Shown here: positions 39,053-48,711 of the stretch, piece after piece | Layout of the letters: every line of letters starts with the position of its first letter | Numbering within the stretch: the stretch's first letter is position 1 | Assembly: GCA_963716725.1 (NCBI GenBank) | Contig: CAVQUB010000012.1 | Location: 64,001 to 128,000 of the forward strand | Direction: 5' to 3' | Origin: an uncultured delta proteobacterium | GTDB taxonomy: Bacteria > Myxococcota_A > Polyangia > Polyangiales > Polyangiaceae | Length of the DNA stretch: 64,000 nucleotides | Made by a program: the position numbers and the translations under genes | The notes under the pieces: generated by a model | Databases searched by the model: none | Seen by the model: the letters and a program-made list of their open reading frames with translations, nothing else | Told to the model about the DNA's origin: nothing

Positions 39053-40354
39053 TCACGCCCGCGCCGGTGGCCGCAGGCTCGCCCGCGGCCCGATCAACAC
39101 ATACGTCTTCATCTCGCCCTTGCCCTTCACCTCGATGGTGCCGCGGGGCTCGAAGTGGAACTGCGTGCGCAGGCGTTCGTAGGTGCGCTCGGTGACCTGG
39201 ATGGTGTCCGGCTCGGCGTGGGCTTCCATGCGCGCGGCGGTGTTCACGGTGTCGCCCCACAGATCGTAGGAGAATTTCTTGGTGCCGATGACGCCGGCGA
39301 CGACCGGGCCGCTGTTGATGCCGATCCGGACGCGGATGGGCTCGCCGGTGGGAGTCTGGAAACGCGACGCCACTTCGCGGAGCTCGAGGGCCATGTTGGC
39401 GACGGCCACCGCGTGGTCCTTGCGCGGCGTGGGAACGCCGGCGACCGCCATGTAGGCGTCGCCGATGGTCTTGATCTTCTCGAGCCCGTACTTCTCGGTG
39501 AGCGCGTCGAGTCTGGAGAATATCTCGTTCAGCATCGCGACCAGCTTGGTCGGCGCCATCTTGGCGCTGAGCGGCGTGAAGCCGACCAAGTCGACGAACA
39601 GTACCGTGGCCTCGAGGAAACCTTCGGCGATGGCGGCTTGATCGCGCTTGAGCCGCTCGACGATGGACGCGGGTAGGATGTTGAGCAGCAGTTGCTCCGC
39701 CGCCTCGCGCTCTTGGGAGAGCTCCCAGCGCGCTCGGTGCTCGCGGCGCCGAAGCTGATCAGCGAGATGCGTGCCGACGCAGGTGATGACCGCTGCCGTC
39801 GTGACCAGAAACAGCCCTTCCACCAGCCAGCCCGCGTCTGCTCGGCTGACCCGGGCGAGCCCCGCGGCCAGGTACATCGCGAGCACGATGCCGAGCACGG
39901 CCAGGATTTGCTTCAAGGTGTAGGGGAACGCCCAGCCGGTGAACACGATGAAGAGCACGAGCATGCCGACGTCGGAGCCGCCGGCCACGCCGTAGCGCAA
40001 CATCGGGAGCACCGTGTAGGCGGCGTTGCCGATGGTGAGCGCTACCGACAGGGAGAAGGCCCAACGCTCGAGGCTGGGCAGGTAGGTCAGGGCCGCGAAC
40101 CCGAGGGCGAAGGCCACCGCCACCGAGCGCTGGATGGCGGCGTCCTTGATCGGGCCCACGCCGAAGGCCGCGAGCACCGCCAGCGCCAGGAGGTGGAGGG
40201 CCGCGTAGACGCTGCCTCCGGTACGAAGGCGGCGGAAAATCAGCGCCCGGACGTCGTCGTGGAAGCCCTCGATCAGATCCCGGGAGGCCTCCGGCCGGAT
40301 CACCACCGAACGCACGGAGGCGGGGAACAGCTCGGAGACGGGTGACGGAGACAC
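39053..40354 (-). CDS. Membrane adenylate/guanylate cyclase (class III)
   Basis: About 6 TM helices; LLLNILP, FVDLVGFT, KIKTIGDAYM, YDLWGDTVNTAARME, VKGKG; start uncertain. Confidence 0.93.
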   Translation of the reverse strand: MSPSPVSELFPASVRSVVIRPEASRDLIEGFHDDVRALIFRRLRTGGSVYAALHLLALAVLAAFGVGPIKDAAIQRSVAVAFALGFAALTYLPSLERWAFSLSVALTIGNAAYTVLPMLRYGVAGGSDVGMLVLFIVFTGWAFPYTLKQILAVLGIVLAMYLAAGLARVSRADAGWLVEGLFLVTTAAVITCVGTHLADQLRRREHRARWELSQEREAAEQLLLNILPASIVERLKRDQAAIAEGFLEATVLFVDLVGFTPLSAKMAPTKLVAMLNEIFSRLDALTEKYGLEKIKTIGDAYMAVAGVPTPRKDHAVAVANMALELREVASRFQTPTGEPIRVRIGINSGPVVAGVIGTKKFSYDLWGDTVNTAARMEAHAEPDTIQVTERTYERLRTQFHFEPRGTIEVKGKGEMKTYVLIGPRASLRPPARA

Positions 40355-40449
40355 GGGCAGGGGCTCGAAAGCCCGAGTATCACAGGGTGCAAAACTTGGC
40401 CGACTTGATGGGGAACTGGAAGAAGAAGGGCAGCGCCCCACGTGTCCCC

Positions 40450-42954
40450 ATGACCACCCGAATCGAGCCCGAGCTGGTCGCCCTGCGCAAGCTGGCCGAG
40501 CAAGCCGCCGTGAATCGCAAAGAGCGGGTGACGACCGCGCACCTGCTGGCGGCCATCGCGTCGCGGCCGAGTGTCGCGGCCGATCTGCTCAACGAGCGGC
40601 GCCTGAGCGACGAGACGCTGCTGCGTGCGGCGCGCGCCGTGACGGACGACGAAAACGACGCGGTTCGCCGCGCGGTCCAGCGCGCACGAGAGATCGCGAC
40701 GCGCATGGGAGGAGCCGAGCCGGGAGCGATTCACTTGCTGATCGCTTTGGCCAGCGACCGACACACCGCTGCGCATCGCGCGCTGGACCAACACGGCGTG
40801 GACCTGTCCCGACTTCGGGCAGCGGCCATGAGCTCGGGTCTGGGTTTCGTCAGTCGTCGCCGGACCCTCGCGCTTCGCGAGATCCAGGAGGAGCCGAAGC
40901 GAGTCGCCGCTCCTCCGTCGCGCATGCCGAGCGGAACGACGATTCCGCTCTTCCCCCCGGCCACCGAGAAGAAGCCGCCAGTTCGAGGCAGCGCCACCGT
41001 GGTCCGAGATCCGGCTTTGGTGGCCGAGCCAGCGCCGACGAGCACGCGGGTTGCGGAGACGTGCGCAGCTCCGTCGCAGCGCGAGGGGCGCGACTCGGCA
41101 CGGCGCTCCGGCGGAAAGCGCCGCGCGCGCGCGGTGGGCGGCGAGCGATTTGTCCTCGACCCCCAGAAGTTCCCGACCCTCTGCGGCCTCGGCACCAACC
41201 TCACGCTGGCCGCCGCTCGCGGCGAGCTCGATCCCGTGGTGGGGCGCCGCACCGAGGTCGAGCAAGCGCTGGACGTCTTGGCCAAGCGCCATGCCAACAA
41301 CCCGTGCCTGATCGGGGCCGCCGGCGTGGGCAAGACCAGCGTCGCGCGCGGGATCGCGCAGCGCATCGCGGAGGCCGAAGACGTCCTCTCCCTCGACGAT
41401 CGCATCATCATCGAGATCCCGCTCAGCGAGCTGATCGCGGGCACCGGTGTGCGGGGCGCCTTGGCGTCGCGGCTGGGTGCGCTACGCAAAGAGGTCGCCG
41501 CCTCGGCCAATCGCGTGGTGTTGTTCTTCGACGAGATCCACCAGCTCTTTGCCGGGGAGGCTGCGGAGGAGATCGGCGCGGAGCTCAAGCTGGCCCTGGC
41601 CAAGGGCGAGCTGCCCTGCATCGGGGCAACGACCCGAGAGGACTACGCCAAGGTCATCGAAGCCGACCAGGCGTTGGCGCGACGCTTCAGCGTGGTCGAG
41701 ATCGAAGAGCCCAGCCGAGAAGACGCCTATCTGGTCCTGGAGGCGTTGTCGGAAAAGCTCTCGGTACACCACCGTGTCGCGTACGACGACGCGGCGCTCG
41801 CGCTCACCATCGGTTGGAGCGTGCGCTACCTCCCGGGCCGCGCGCTGCCCGACAAGGCCGTCAGCATCGTCGATCTGGCCGGCGCCCGCGCTCGGCGGCG
41901 CGGCCTGGAGCGCGTCACGCCGGAGGCGGTCGCCGAGATCGTGGCGGAGCTGGCGGACATGCCTGTCGAGCGCCTGCTCGAGACCGATGCGGATCGCTTC
42001 TTGCGCATGGAAGAGATCCTCGCCGAACGCGTGGTCGGTCACGGCGACGTGATCCGACGCATCGCGCGCATCCTGCGCCGCAACGCCGCGGGGCTGGGAT
42101 CGAAGCGCCCCATCGGGACCTTCCTCTTGCTCGGGCCCACCGGCGTCGGCAAGACCGAGACCGCGAAGGCCGTCGCCGAGGTGCTGTTCCACTCCGATTC
42201 GGCGATGACGCGCCTGGACCTGTCCGAGTTCAGCGAGCCGCACTCCATCGCCCGCCTGATCGGCGCCCCGCCCGGCTACGTCGGCCACGATGCCGGTGGG
42301 TACTTGACCGAGGCCGTGCGCCGGCGCCCGTACCAGGTCGTGCTGCTGGACGAGATCGAGAAGGCACACCCGGAGGTGCTGGTGAGCTTCCTCGCGGTCT
42401 TCGATGAAGGGCGCTTGACCGACGGTCGCGGACGCACCATCGACTTCACCAACACCGTCATCCTCATGACCTCGAACCTCGGCGCGGGCGAGGTCGGCGC
42501 CTCGCCCAAGCGCCGGGTCGGCTTCGGAGCGGAGGCCGGTCCCGATGGCGACGAAGTCGAGAAACGAGTGATTGCAGCGGCGAGGGCGGCCCTGGCCCCC
42601 GAGCTCTACAACCGCATCGACGAAGTCCTGGTCATGAGCCCGCTCAGCCGCAGCGACGTGCGCGAGATCGCCCGTCGCCTGCTCGAAGGCGTCGGCCGGA
42701 TGCTCGAGGCGCAGCGTGGCGTGCGGCTCGAGGTAGAAGACGCGGCCATCGATCTCTTGCTCGACGCCGGAGGCTTCGACCCCACGCTCGGCGCGCGACC
42801 CATGAAGCGCACCATCGCGCGCCTGGTCGAGGCGCCGCTCGCCGAACAGATCTTGAAGGGCAAGCTCTCCGCGGGCGATGTCGCGATGCTGACCGCCGAC
42901 GACGCGCAGATCGGCATCGACGTGGTGAGCAGAAGCGTCAGCGCCGCTGAGTGA
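40450..42954 (+). CDS. ATP-dependent Clp protease ATP-binding subunit (ClpA/ClpC-like)
   Basis: Clp N-domains, GAAGVGKT and GPTGVGKT Walker A motifs, GAPPGYVG, VGF ClpP-docking loop, no M-domain. Confidence 0.93.
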   Translation: MTTRIEPELVALRKLAEQAAVNRKERVTTAHLLAAIASRPSVAADLLNERRLSDETLLRAARAVTDDENDAVRRAVQRAREIATRMGGAEPGAIHLLIALASDRHTAAHRALDQHGVDLSRLRAAAMSSGLGFVSRRRTLALREIQEEPKRVAAPPSRMPSGTTIPLFPPATEKKPPVRGSATVVRDPALVAEPAPTSTRVAETCAAPSQREGRDSARRSGGKRRARAVGGERFVLDPQKFPTLCGLGTNLTLAAARGELDPVVGRRTEVEQALDVLAKRHANNPCLIGAAGVGKTSVARGIAQRIAEAEDVLSLDDRIIIEIPLSELIAGTGVRGALASRLGALRKEVAASANRVVLFFDEIHQLFAGEAAEEIGAELKLALAKGELPCIGATTREDYAKVIEADQALARRFSVVEIEEPSREDAYLVLEALSEKLSVHHRVAYDDAALALTIGWSVRYLPGRALPDKAVSIVDLAGARARRRGLERVTPEAVAEIVAELADMPVERLLETDADRFLRMEEILAERVVGHGDVIRRIARILRRNAAGLGSKRPIGTFLLLGPTGVGKTETAKAVAEVLFHSDSAMTRLDLSEFSEPHSIARLIGAPPGYVGHDAGGYLTEAVRRRPYQVVLLDEIEKAHPEVLVSFLAVFDEGRLTDGRGRTIDFTNTVILMTSNLGAGEVGASPKRRVGFGAEAGPDGDEVEKRVIAAARAALAPELYNRIDEVLVMSPLSRSDVREIARRLLEGVGRMLEAQRGVRLEVEDAAIDLLLDAGGFDPTLGARPMKRTIARLVEAPLAEQILKGKLSAGDVAMLTADDAQIGIDVVSRSVSAAE

Positions 42955-44308
42955 TCGCGCTCCAACGCCTGCTGCCAGTTCGACGGAGCGCCAGGGCTGC
43001 GGCGGCGAAGACCCCGAGCCACGCGCCGGACTTGGGCGCCCGCGGTAGCGCGCAGCCGCAGCCGCCGTCGTCCTCGGAGGGCGTTGTGCTGCCGCTGGCG
43101 CCGCCCGATCCACCGCTCGCGCTCGCGCCGCCGCCGCCGCTGCCCGCGCTGGCGCCGCTGCCCGCGTCGCCTCCGAAACCGGAGCCCGCCGCGCCGCCCG
43201 AACCGCTCGTGCCCGCGCTGCCGCCGCCGCTCGGCGTGCCTCCCGAACCGCCGCCAGCGCCGGTGCCGCCGGTGCCGCTGGGGCTGGTCGCGATACAGGC
43301 CTTGAGTTCGTCGAAGGCGGGCTTGCGCTGCCAGTTGTCGGCGTAGCTGCCGTCCGGATCGTGAGTTCTCAGCGCTAGGCCCCAGTGGATGTCGGGCCAG
43401 AGGCCGTTCGGGTGCTCCTCGCTGAGCTCGTAGATGAAGGTCTTCTGCCACCAGGCGCGTTTGTTCTGCGCTTGCATCACGCGCTCCACGTACTTGCGCT
43501 GGGTCTCGAGCTCGGTCGCGTTGCCCACAATCGCCTCGCGCCCGGTTTCAGTCACCCAGATCGGCAGGTTGCCGAAGCCCTTCGCCAGCAGCACTTCGCG
43601 CGCGCTGAGCGATCCCTGCCAGACTACGGTGTTGCCCAGCTTGACGACGCGATGGGATTCGAGCTTGTTGTAGAAGCTGTCTTTGCTGACGCCGGCGGCG
43701 GAGTCGTCTTCCGGGAACGACGCGTAGATGTGCCAGCTGATGACGTCGAGATCGGAGCCGCGGGCCGCGAGGGCTGCTTCGAGGTACTCCCCGTACTTGT
43801 CACCGATGGTGGCGAGCTCTGGACCGACGAGCAGGCAGCTCGGACACCCTTGCTTGATGGCGTCGACCGCGGGGATGAAAGCGTTGTCGATCCACTGCTG
43901 CTTCGTGCCCTCGAAGAAGTCGCCGAGGTTCGGCTCGTTCCAGGTCCCCCAGGCCGCGACCCGCCCGTCGGCGTAACGCTGGGTCGCCGCCAGCACGAAG
44001 GCCTTGTAGGCGACGGGCTCGGGCACGTCGTTGTTGAAGCCGTCGCCCTTGGTGTTGCCCAGGCTCGCCCACTTTGGGGTGTAGCCGATGGTCGCGAACA
44101 CCTTGAGGTTCCTCGCCTTGGCGGCGTCGATCACGGCGTCGAAGGGGGCCCAGTTGTACTTGCCCTTCTGCGGCTCGCCGATGTCCCAGTTGAAGTCGAT
44201 GCGGATCCACTCGCTGCCGAGCTCCTTGGACAGATCGAGGGTGTCGCTGGGCGGCAGGTGGACGTTCATGCCGATGGCAGCGGCCATGCAGACTGCGGAC
44301 AAAGCCAT
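42938..44308 (-). CDS. Clan-A glycoside hydrolase with MYXO-CTERM
   Basis: WNEPN acid/base, WVTETG nucleophile; GGCGC + TM + RR tail. Confidence 0.85.
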   Translation of the reverse strand: MALSAVCMAAAIGMNVHLPPSDTLDLSKELGSEWIRIDFNWDIGEPQKGKYNWAPFDAVIDAAKARNLKVFATIGYTPKWASLGNTKGDGFNNDVPEPVAYKAFVLAATQRYADGRVAAWGTWNEPNLGDFFEGTKQQWIDNAFIPAVDAIKQGCPSCLLVGPELATIGDKYGEYLEAALAARGSDLDVISWHIYASFPEDDSAAGVSKDSFYNKLESHRVVKLGNTVVWQGSLSAREVLLAKGFGNLPIWVTETGREAIVGNATELETQRKYVERVMQAQNKRAWWQKTFIYELSEEHPNGLWPDIHWGLALRTHDPDGSYADNWQRKPAFDELKACIATSPSGTGGTGAGGGSGGTPSGGGSAGTSGSGGAAGSGFGGDAGSGASAGSGGGGASASGGSGGASGSTTPSEDDGGCGCALPRAPKSGAWLGVFAAAALALRRTGSRRWSAITQRR

Positions 44309-44408
44309 GGGTGCTCCGCCCGGAAGTTTCGCACCTTTTTCGCCGGGTGGCCCGGTGAAAGCATTCAACACCTTTGCTTCGGCCCCGGAGCGAGGTGACA
44401 ATCAGGCC

Positions 44409-45614
44409 ATGAACCGCCGGATCGACTTCATCGCTCCCGCCCTCGTGCTCGCCGTCGGCCTCAGCGCAGCAGCGGTTTCTTGTGGCTCCGACGAAAACGG
44501 AGGCGGCAGCGGCGGCACGAGCAGCGGCGGCACGAGTAGCGGCGGCACGAGCAGCGGCGGCACGAGCAGCGGCGGCACGAGCAGCGGTGGAGCAGCGGGG
44601 AGCGGCGGCAGCGCAGGCGGAGGCGGTACGAGCAGCGGCGGTGCGGCGGGCGGCGGCGGCACTTCGTCGGGTGGCACCAGCTCCGGAGGCAGTGGTGGTT
44701 CCGGCACGGGCGGCAAGGCTGGCATCCCTCCGGACAAGCAGAACCTTCGCATGGCGTTCTTCGGTGACACGTCGAGCGGTACGAACTTCAAGAACGTGAT
44801 CGGGCTCGCCAAGGCCGACAAGGCCGACTTCATCCTCGGCGGCGGCGACTACGACTACTCCTACAACCCGAGCGCTTGGCTCACCGCGATGAACAGCGTC
44901 TTGGGCGCGGACTATCCGATCTTCGGAGCGGTTGGCAACCACGACCAGACCACCTGGGCTCCCTACGCCACCGAGTTCAAGAGCCGCATGCAGAAGGCGG
45001 GTGTCAAGCCCGACGACCCCGACTTCACCGACGAGAAGTTCTCGATGGTCTACCGCGGGATCAAGGTGGTCTTTGTCGGTCAGAACGGCAAGAACACCGA
45101 GTTCGCCGACTACATCAAGACGCAGTTTGCCACCGACGATCACATCTGGCGTCTGTGCGTTTGGCACAAGAACCAGAAGGCCATGCAGGTGGGCGGCAAG
45201 GGCGACGAGATGGGCTGGGCCGTCTACGAGAATTGTCGAGCCGCCGGCGCCATCGTGTTGACCGGGCACGAGCACTCCTATCACCGCACGAAGACCCTCA
45301 CCGATATGACGAACCAGGTCGTGGACACGACCTGCTCCGATCCCAAGAAGCTCTGTGTAGGACCGGGACGCACCTTCACGGTGGTCGCAGGGCTCGGCGG
45401 AACCGGCATTCGGGACCAGGCTCGCTGCCTGCCCAGCACCTATCCCTATGGTTGCAAGCAAGAGTGGGCGCACATCTACACCAGCGACCAGAGCGCCGAA
45501 TACGGCACCCTGGTCATCGACTTCTACGTCAACGGAAATCCGAAGCAGGCCAAGGCCTACTTCAAGAACGTGAAAAACCAGATCGTCGACGAGTTCGACA
45601 TCACCAAGGACTGA
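44409..45614 (+). CDS. Metallophosphoesterase lipoprotein
   Basis: Lipobox AVSC; 15-bp SGGTS repeats; GD, GDYDY, GNHD, GHEHSY. Confidence 0.88.
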   Translation: MNRRIDFIAPALVLAVGLSAAAVSCGSDENGGGSGGTSSGGTSSGGTSSGGTSSGGTSSGGAAGSGGSAGGGGTSSGGAAGGGGTSSGGTSSGGSGGSGTGGKAGIPPDKQNLRMAFFGDTSSGTNFKNVIGLAKADKADFILGGGDYDYSYNPSAWLTAMNSVLGADYPIFGAVGNHDQTTWAPYATEFKSRMQKAGVKPDDPDFTDEKFSMVYRGIKVVFVGQNGKNTEFADYIKTQFATDDHIWRLCVWHKNQKAMQVGGKGDEMGWAVYENCRAAGAIVLTGHEHSYHRTKTLTDMTNQVVDTTCSDPKKLCVGPGRTFTVVAGLGGTGIRDQARCLPSTYPYGCKQEWAHIYTSDQSAEYGTLVIDFYVNGNPKQAKAYFKNVKNQIVDEFDITKD

Positions 45615-45686
45615 GCCTCGCGCCCCCTTCATCGCCTGAGCGCGAGCGTCTGGGCGCGACTGGAGAGCGCGGGCACTGGCCCTCGA

Positions 45687-47207
45687 TTGTCGTGGGTGGC
45701 CGCCGCCGCCATCGCCGCTCACGCCACGGTGTTGAGTGGCGGGTTCATCTGGCTCGATCGGGCGCATCTGACGGCAGGACTGGCGGTTCGGCCGCGCGCC
45801 GAGTGGCTGGCGCTGTTTCGGGAGCCCTTCGCGGGCACCGGTTTCTATCGGCCGCTCACCGCGCTCTCGCTTTCCATTGACGCTGCCTGGGGAAACCCCG
45901 CGCTTTTTCACGCCGTGAACCTCGGCTTGCACGCCGTCGCGGCGATGCTGCTCTTGTTGGCAGCCCAGGCTCTGGGCGCGAGTCGTCGCGCCGCGACGCT
46001 CGGGGCGCTGCTGTTCGCGACGCATCCCGTCGGATCCCTGGTTGCGGGGGCGATAGCGTTCCGGTCGGAGGCGCTGATCGCTTGCGGCCTGTTCGGCTTG
46101 ATCGCCGCCCACGTGAAGGGCCGCGGGGCTCTCGCAGCGCTGGCGGTCCTGGTGGCGGGCTTGTCGAAGGAGACGGGGTTGGTGCTGGCGCCGCTCTTCG
46201 TGGCCGTGGTCGAGCTCGAAGGCCGAGCGCGACGTCGTTGGTCCGTGATCGCCGCGGAGGCTCTCGCCTTCGGTCTCGCGCTCGGTCTGCGCATTGCCTA
46301 CGCGCCGCCCTGGCTCGGGCGTTTTCCCGAGCTTGGCCCCAGCGAGGCCGTTGGCACGCGTCTTGGTGCACTGGCAAAGAGCGCCAGCTTCGTGATCGCG
46401 CCCCTCGACCGGAGCATCTGCGACGCGTTTCCCGTGCTGTCGGCTCACGCGCCGCTCGCGATCTTGGGAGGCCTCGCGGCGCTGGGGCTCGGCGCGCTGG
46501 CGTGGCGCGGCGGCTCGCTCGGCGCGCTGACCGCGCTGTCGCTGCTTCCTTCGCTGCAGCTCGTCCCGACGCTCCGCTGGTGGTCGCCGCACTATTTGTA
46601 CCTGGCGGCGGGGCTGTTCTTGGTGTTGGTGGCTCGCCGAATCGAAGGACGGGGCGCCGCGGCCACCACCCTGGCGCTGGTCGCGACCCTGGCGCTCGGG
46701 GTGCTGTCGTGGGGCGATGGTCGCCGATACCGGAACGACGAGACGCTCTGGCGGCCCGAGGTGGCGCGGGAGTCCGCCTGTCGCGAGGGGCATTTCTATT
46801 TGGCCGAGGCTGCCCGCGAGCGAGGCGATCTGCCGGGTGCGGCTGAGCATCTCGATGCGGCGCTGCGCTCGCGGGCGGGCATGCTCGCCTTCGTCGATCT
46901 CGACGCAGCGCTGACCAACTACGGAGTCGTGCTGTTCTCCCTGCGCCGCTACGACGAAGCGCGACAGGCCTTCGAGGGCGCGCTCGAGCACGTCGGCGAC
47001 CAGCCCGGCCGCCGAAAGTTGAACCACGACATCGCTACCGCGACGTTGGCGGGCGGGGACGCGCAGGGCGCGGCCTCGAGGCTCGAGCCCGAGGTCCGCC
47101 GTCCCGACGCGCTGCCCGAGTCGTTGGTCGTATACGCTCGAGCCCTCGACGCGCTTGGCCGCGGGGCGGAAGCGGAGACGATCCGGAGGCGCCGCGCGCC
47201 GAGATGA
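45687..47207 (+). CDS. TMTC-like GT-C membrane glycosyltransferase with TPRs
   Basis: F.WLD, YRPL, FHAVNL.LH, FATHP, SKET, multi-TM, C-terminal TPRs. Confidence 0.8.
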   Translation: MSWVAAAAIAAHATVLSGGFIWLDRAHLTAGLAVRPRAEWLALFREPFAGTGFYRPLTALSLSIDAAWGNPALFHAVNLGLHAVAAMLLLLAAQALGASRRAATLGALLFATHPVGSLVAGAIAFRSEALIACGLFGLIAAHVKGRGALAALAVLVAGLSKETGLVLAPLFVAVVELEGRARRRWSVIAAEALAFGLALGLRIAYAPPWLGRFPELGPSEAVGTRLGALAKSASFVIAPLDRSICDAFPVLSAHAPLAILGGLAALGLGALAWRGGSLGALTALSLLPSLQLVPTLRWWSPHYLYLAAGLFLVLVARRIEGRGAAATTLALVATLALGVLSWGDGRRYRNDETLWRPEVARESACREGHFYLAEAARERGDLPGAAEHLDAALRSRAGMLAFVDLDAALTNYGVVLFSLRRYDEARQAFEGALEHVGDQPGRRKLNHDIATATLAGGDAQGAASRLEPEVRRPDALPESLVVYARALDALGRGAEAETIRRRRAPR

Positions 47208-48662
47208 TCACGGCTCGAAGGTCAGGACCGCGATGTCGAAATTGGGATCCGCGCTGGAGCCCTGGATCTTGTGCCCCAAGAGCTCGAAACCTCCCTGGAA
47301 CCTCCCGGCGAGGTAGAGCTTGCCGTCGGCGAGGGTCACCTTCGTGAACCCATCGGTGCCGTCTCCGCCAACGAGCGTCGCCCAGAGCGTCTTGCCGGTC
47401 GGGTCGAGCCGGATCAAGAAGCCGTCCTCCCCGGCATTCTTCGTGAGGTTGCCCGTTCCGAAGTCCACGGCCAGGCTCATCAGGCTTCCTGCAACGAAGA
47501 TGTCACCGGTCTTCGTGATGGCGGCGGAGTACGCGCGATCGTTGCCGTCTCCGCCGAAGGTCCGCGCCCACTCGAGCTTCCCAGTGGGATCGAAGCGCGC
47601 GACGACGATGTCATCCCCCGCCGCATAAGGCAGCGCGGGTCCAGTGAAGAGATCGACCACCCCCGCCACCTTACCGACAGCCACCACGGAACCCGTCAGC
47701 GGATCGCTGGCTGCGCCGAAGAAAGCGTCGTTCCCCGTGCTGCCGAGAGCGCGTGCCCATTGGAACGTCAGCGAGTTGTCGTAGTACGCGATCGCTGCAA
47801 GCTGACCGGTGCCGCTGCCGACGACCTTCAGCGGATCGCCGAAGGGCGAGGATTCTCCGACGGCCGCGACGGCGTTGTTCCCGGTGACGGTGACTCCCAA
47901 GAACGCCTGCTTGCCGGCGCCGGCAAACAGCACGTGCGCCTCGTTGCCGCTCTGGTACTCGGTGGACACCAGGCCGTCGCCGGCAGCGTCGGCGACGATC
48001 GGCTGGCCGTGGTGGATGGTGGAGTTCTCGACGGTGCCGGCCGCCACCGTGCCGTCAGCCAGCCGAGCGTTGCCCCAGAAGCTCTGGGTCCCCAGGCCCA
48101 GCAGCGCGGACGACATGATCGCGATGCCGCCATCGGACGCCGGATAGACTCGCGCGACGACCCCGCCGAAGTCGGGCGTCGCCTCCGTCCAGGTCTTGGG
48201 GCCGATGGTTACGGTGTCCTCGAAGAACCCGACGAACTCGTGCTCGCCCTTCCCGTCGATCTCGAGCGCCATCAAGTAGAACTTCCCGGTTGCGGAGGGG
48301 AAGGTGCGCCGGTCGACTTCCGTCTTGTCGGAAAAGTCTATGATGAAGCCCTCGCCGCCAGTGCTGACGGCTCGGTAGCCCGAGACGAATGCGTGGCCGC
48401 TGATTGGGTCCACTGCGACGTCGGAGACGAATTGATTCGAAGGTTGCTTCGCCAAGGCCACGTTCACGAGCTTTGGCACCGGTGAAGCTGCATCGGGGCC
48501 GGCATCGATCGCGCCGCCGCTGCCCGCGGCGCCCCCGCCGCCCCCGCTGCCCGCAGCGCCGCCGCTGCCCGAGGGATTGTTGCTGGACGACGACGAACAG
48601 TGAAGGGCGCTCGCGACCGTGAGGGGCAACGCGAGCCAGGGGACGAGCCGATGATGAAGCAT
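47208..48662 (-). CDS. Beta-propeller (SBBP-like) lipoprotein
   Basis: Signal ending ALHC; WAR.FGG.GND repeats. Confidence 0.8.
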   Translation of the reverse strand: MLHHRLVPWLALPLTVASALHCSSSSSNNPSGSGGAAGSGGGGGAAGSGGAIDAGPDAASPVPKLVNVALAKQPSNQFVSDVAVDPISGHAFVSGYRAVSTGGEGFIIDFSDKTEVDRRTFPSATGKFYLMALEIDGKGEHEFVGFFEDTVTIGPKTWTEATPDFGGVVARVYPASDGGIAIMSSALLGLGTQSFWGNARLADGTVAAGTVENSTIHHGQPIVADAAGDGLVSTEYQSGNEAHVLFAGAGKQAFLGVTVTGNNAVAAVGESSPFGDPLKVVGSGTGQLAAIAYYDNSLTFQWARALGSTGNDAFFGAASDPLTGSVVAVGKVAGVVDLFTGPALPYAAGDDIVVARFDPTGKLEWARTFGGDGNDRAYSAAITKTGDIFVAGSLMSLAVDFGTGNLTKNAGEDGFLIRLDPTGKTLWATLVGGDGTDGFTKVTLADGKLYLAGRFQGGFELLGHKIQGSSADPNFDIAVLTFEP

Positions 48663-48711
48663 GGTTACTCCGCGGCGGATGAGCGAAACGATAGCACGCG
48701 TGCCCGGGCCC

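Noticed and set aside
38006..39260. Diversity-generating retroelement (TR/VR pair)
   Set aside because: Differences are not adenine-specific and are mostly synonymous; no reverse transcriptase in the window
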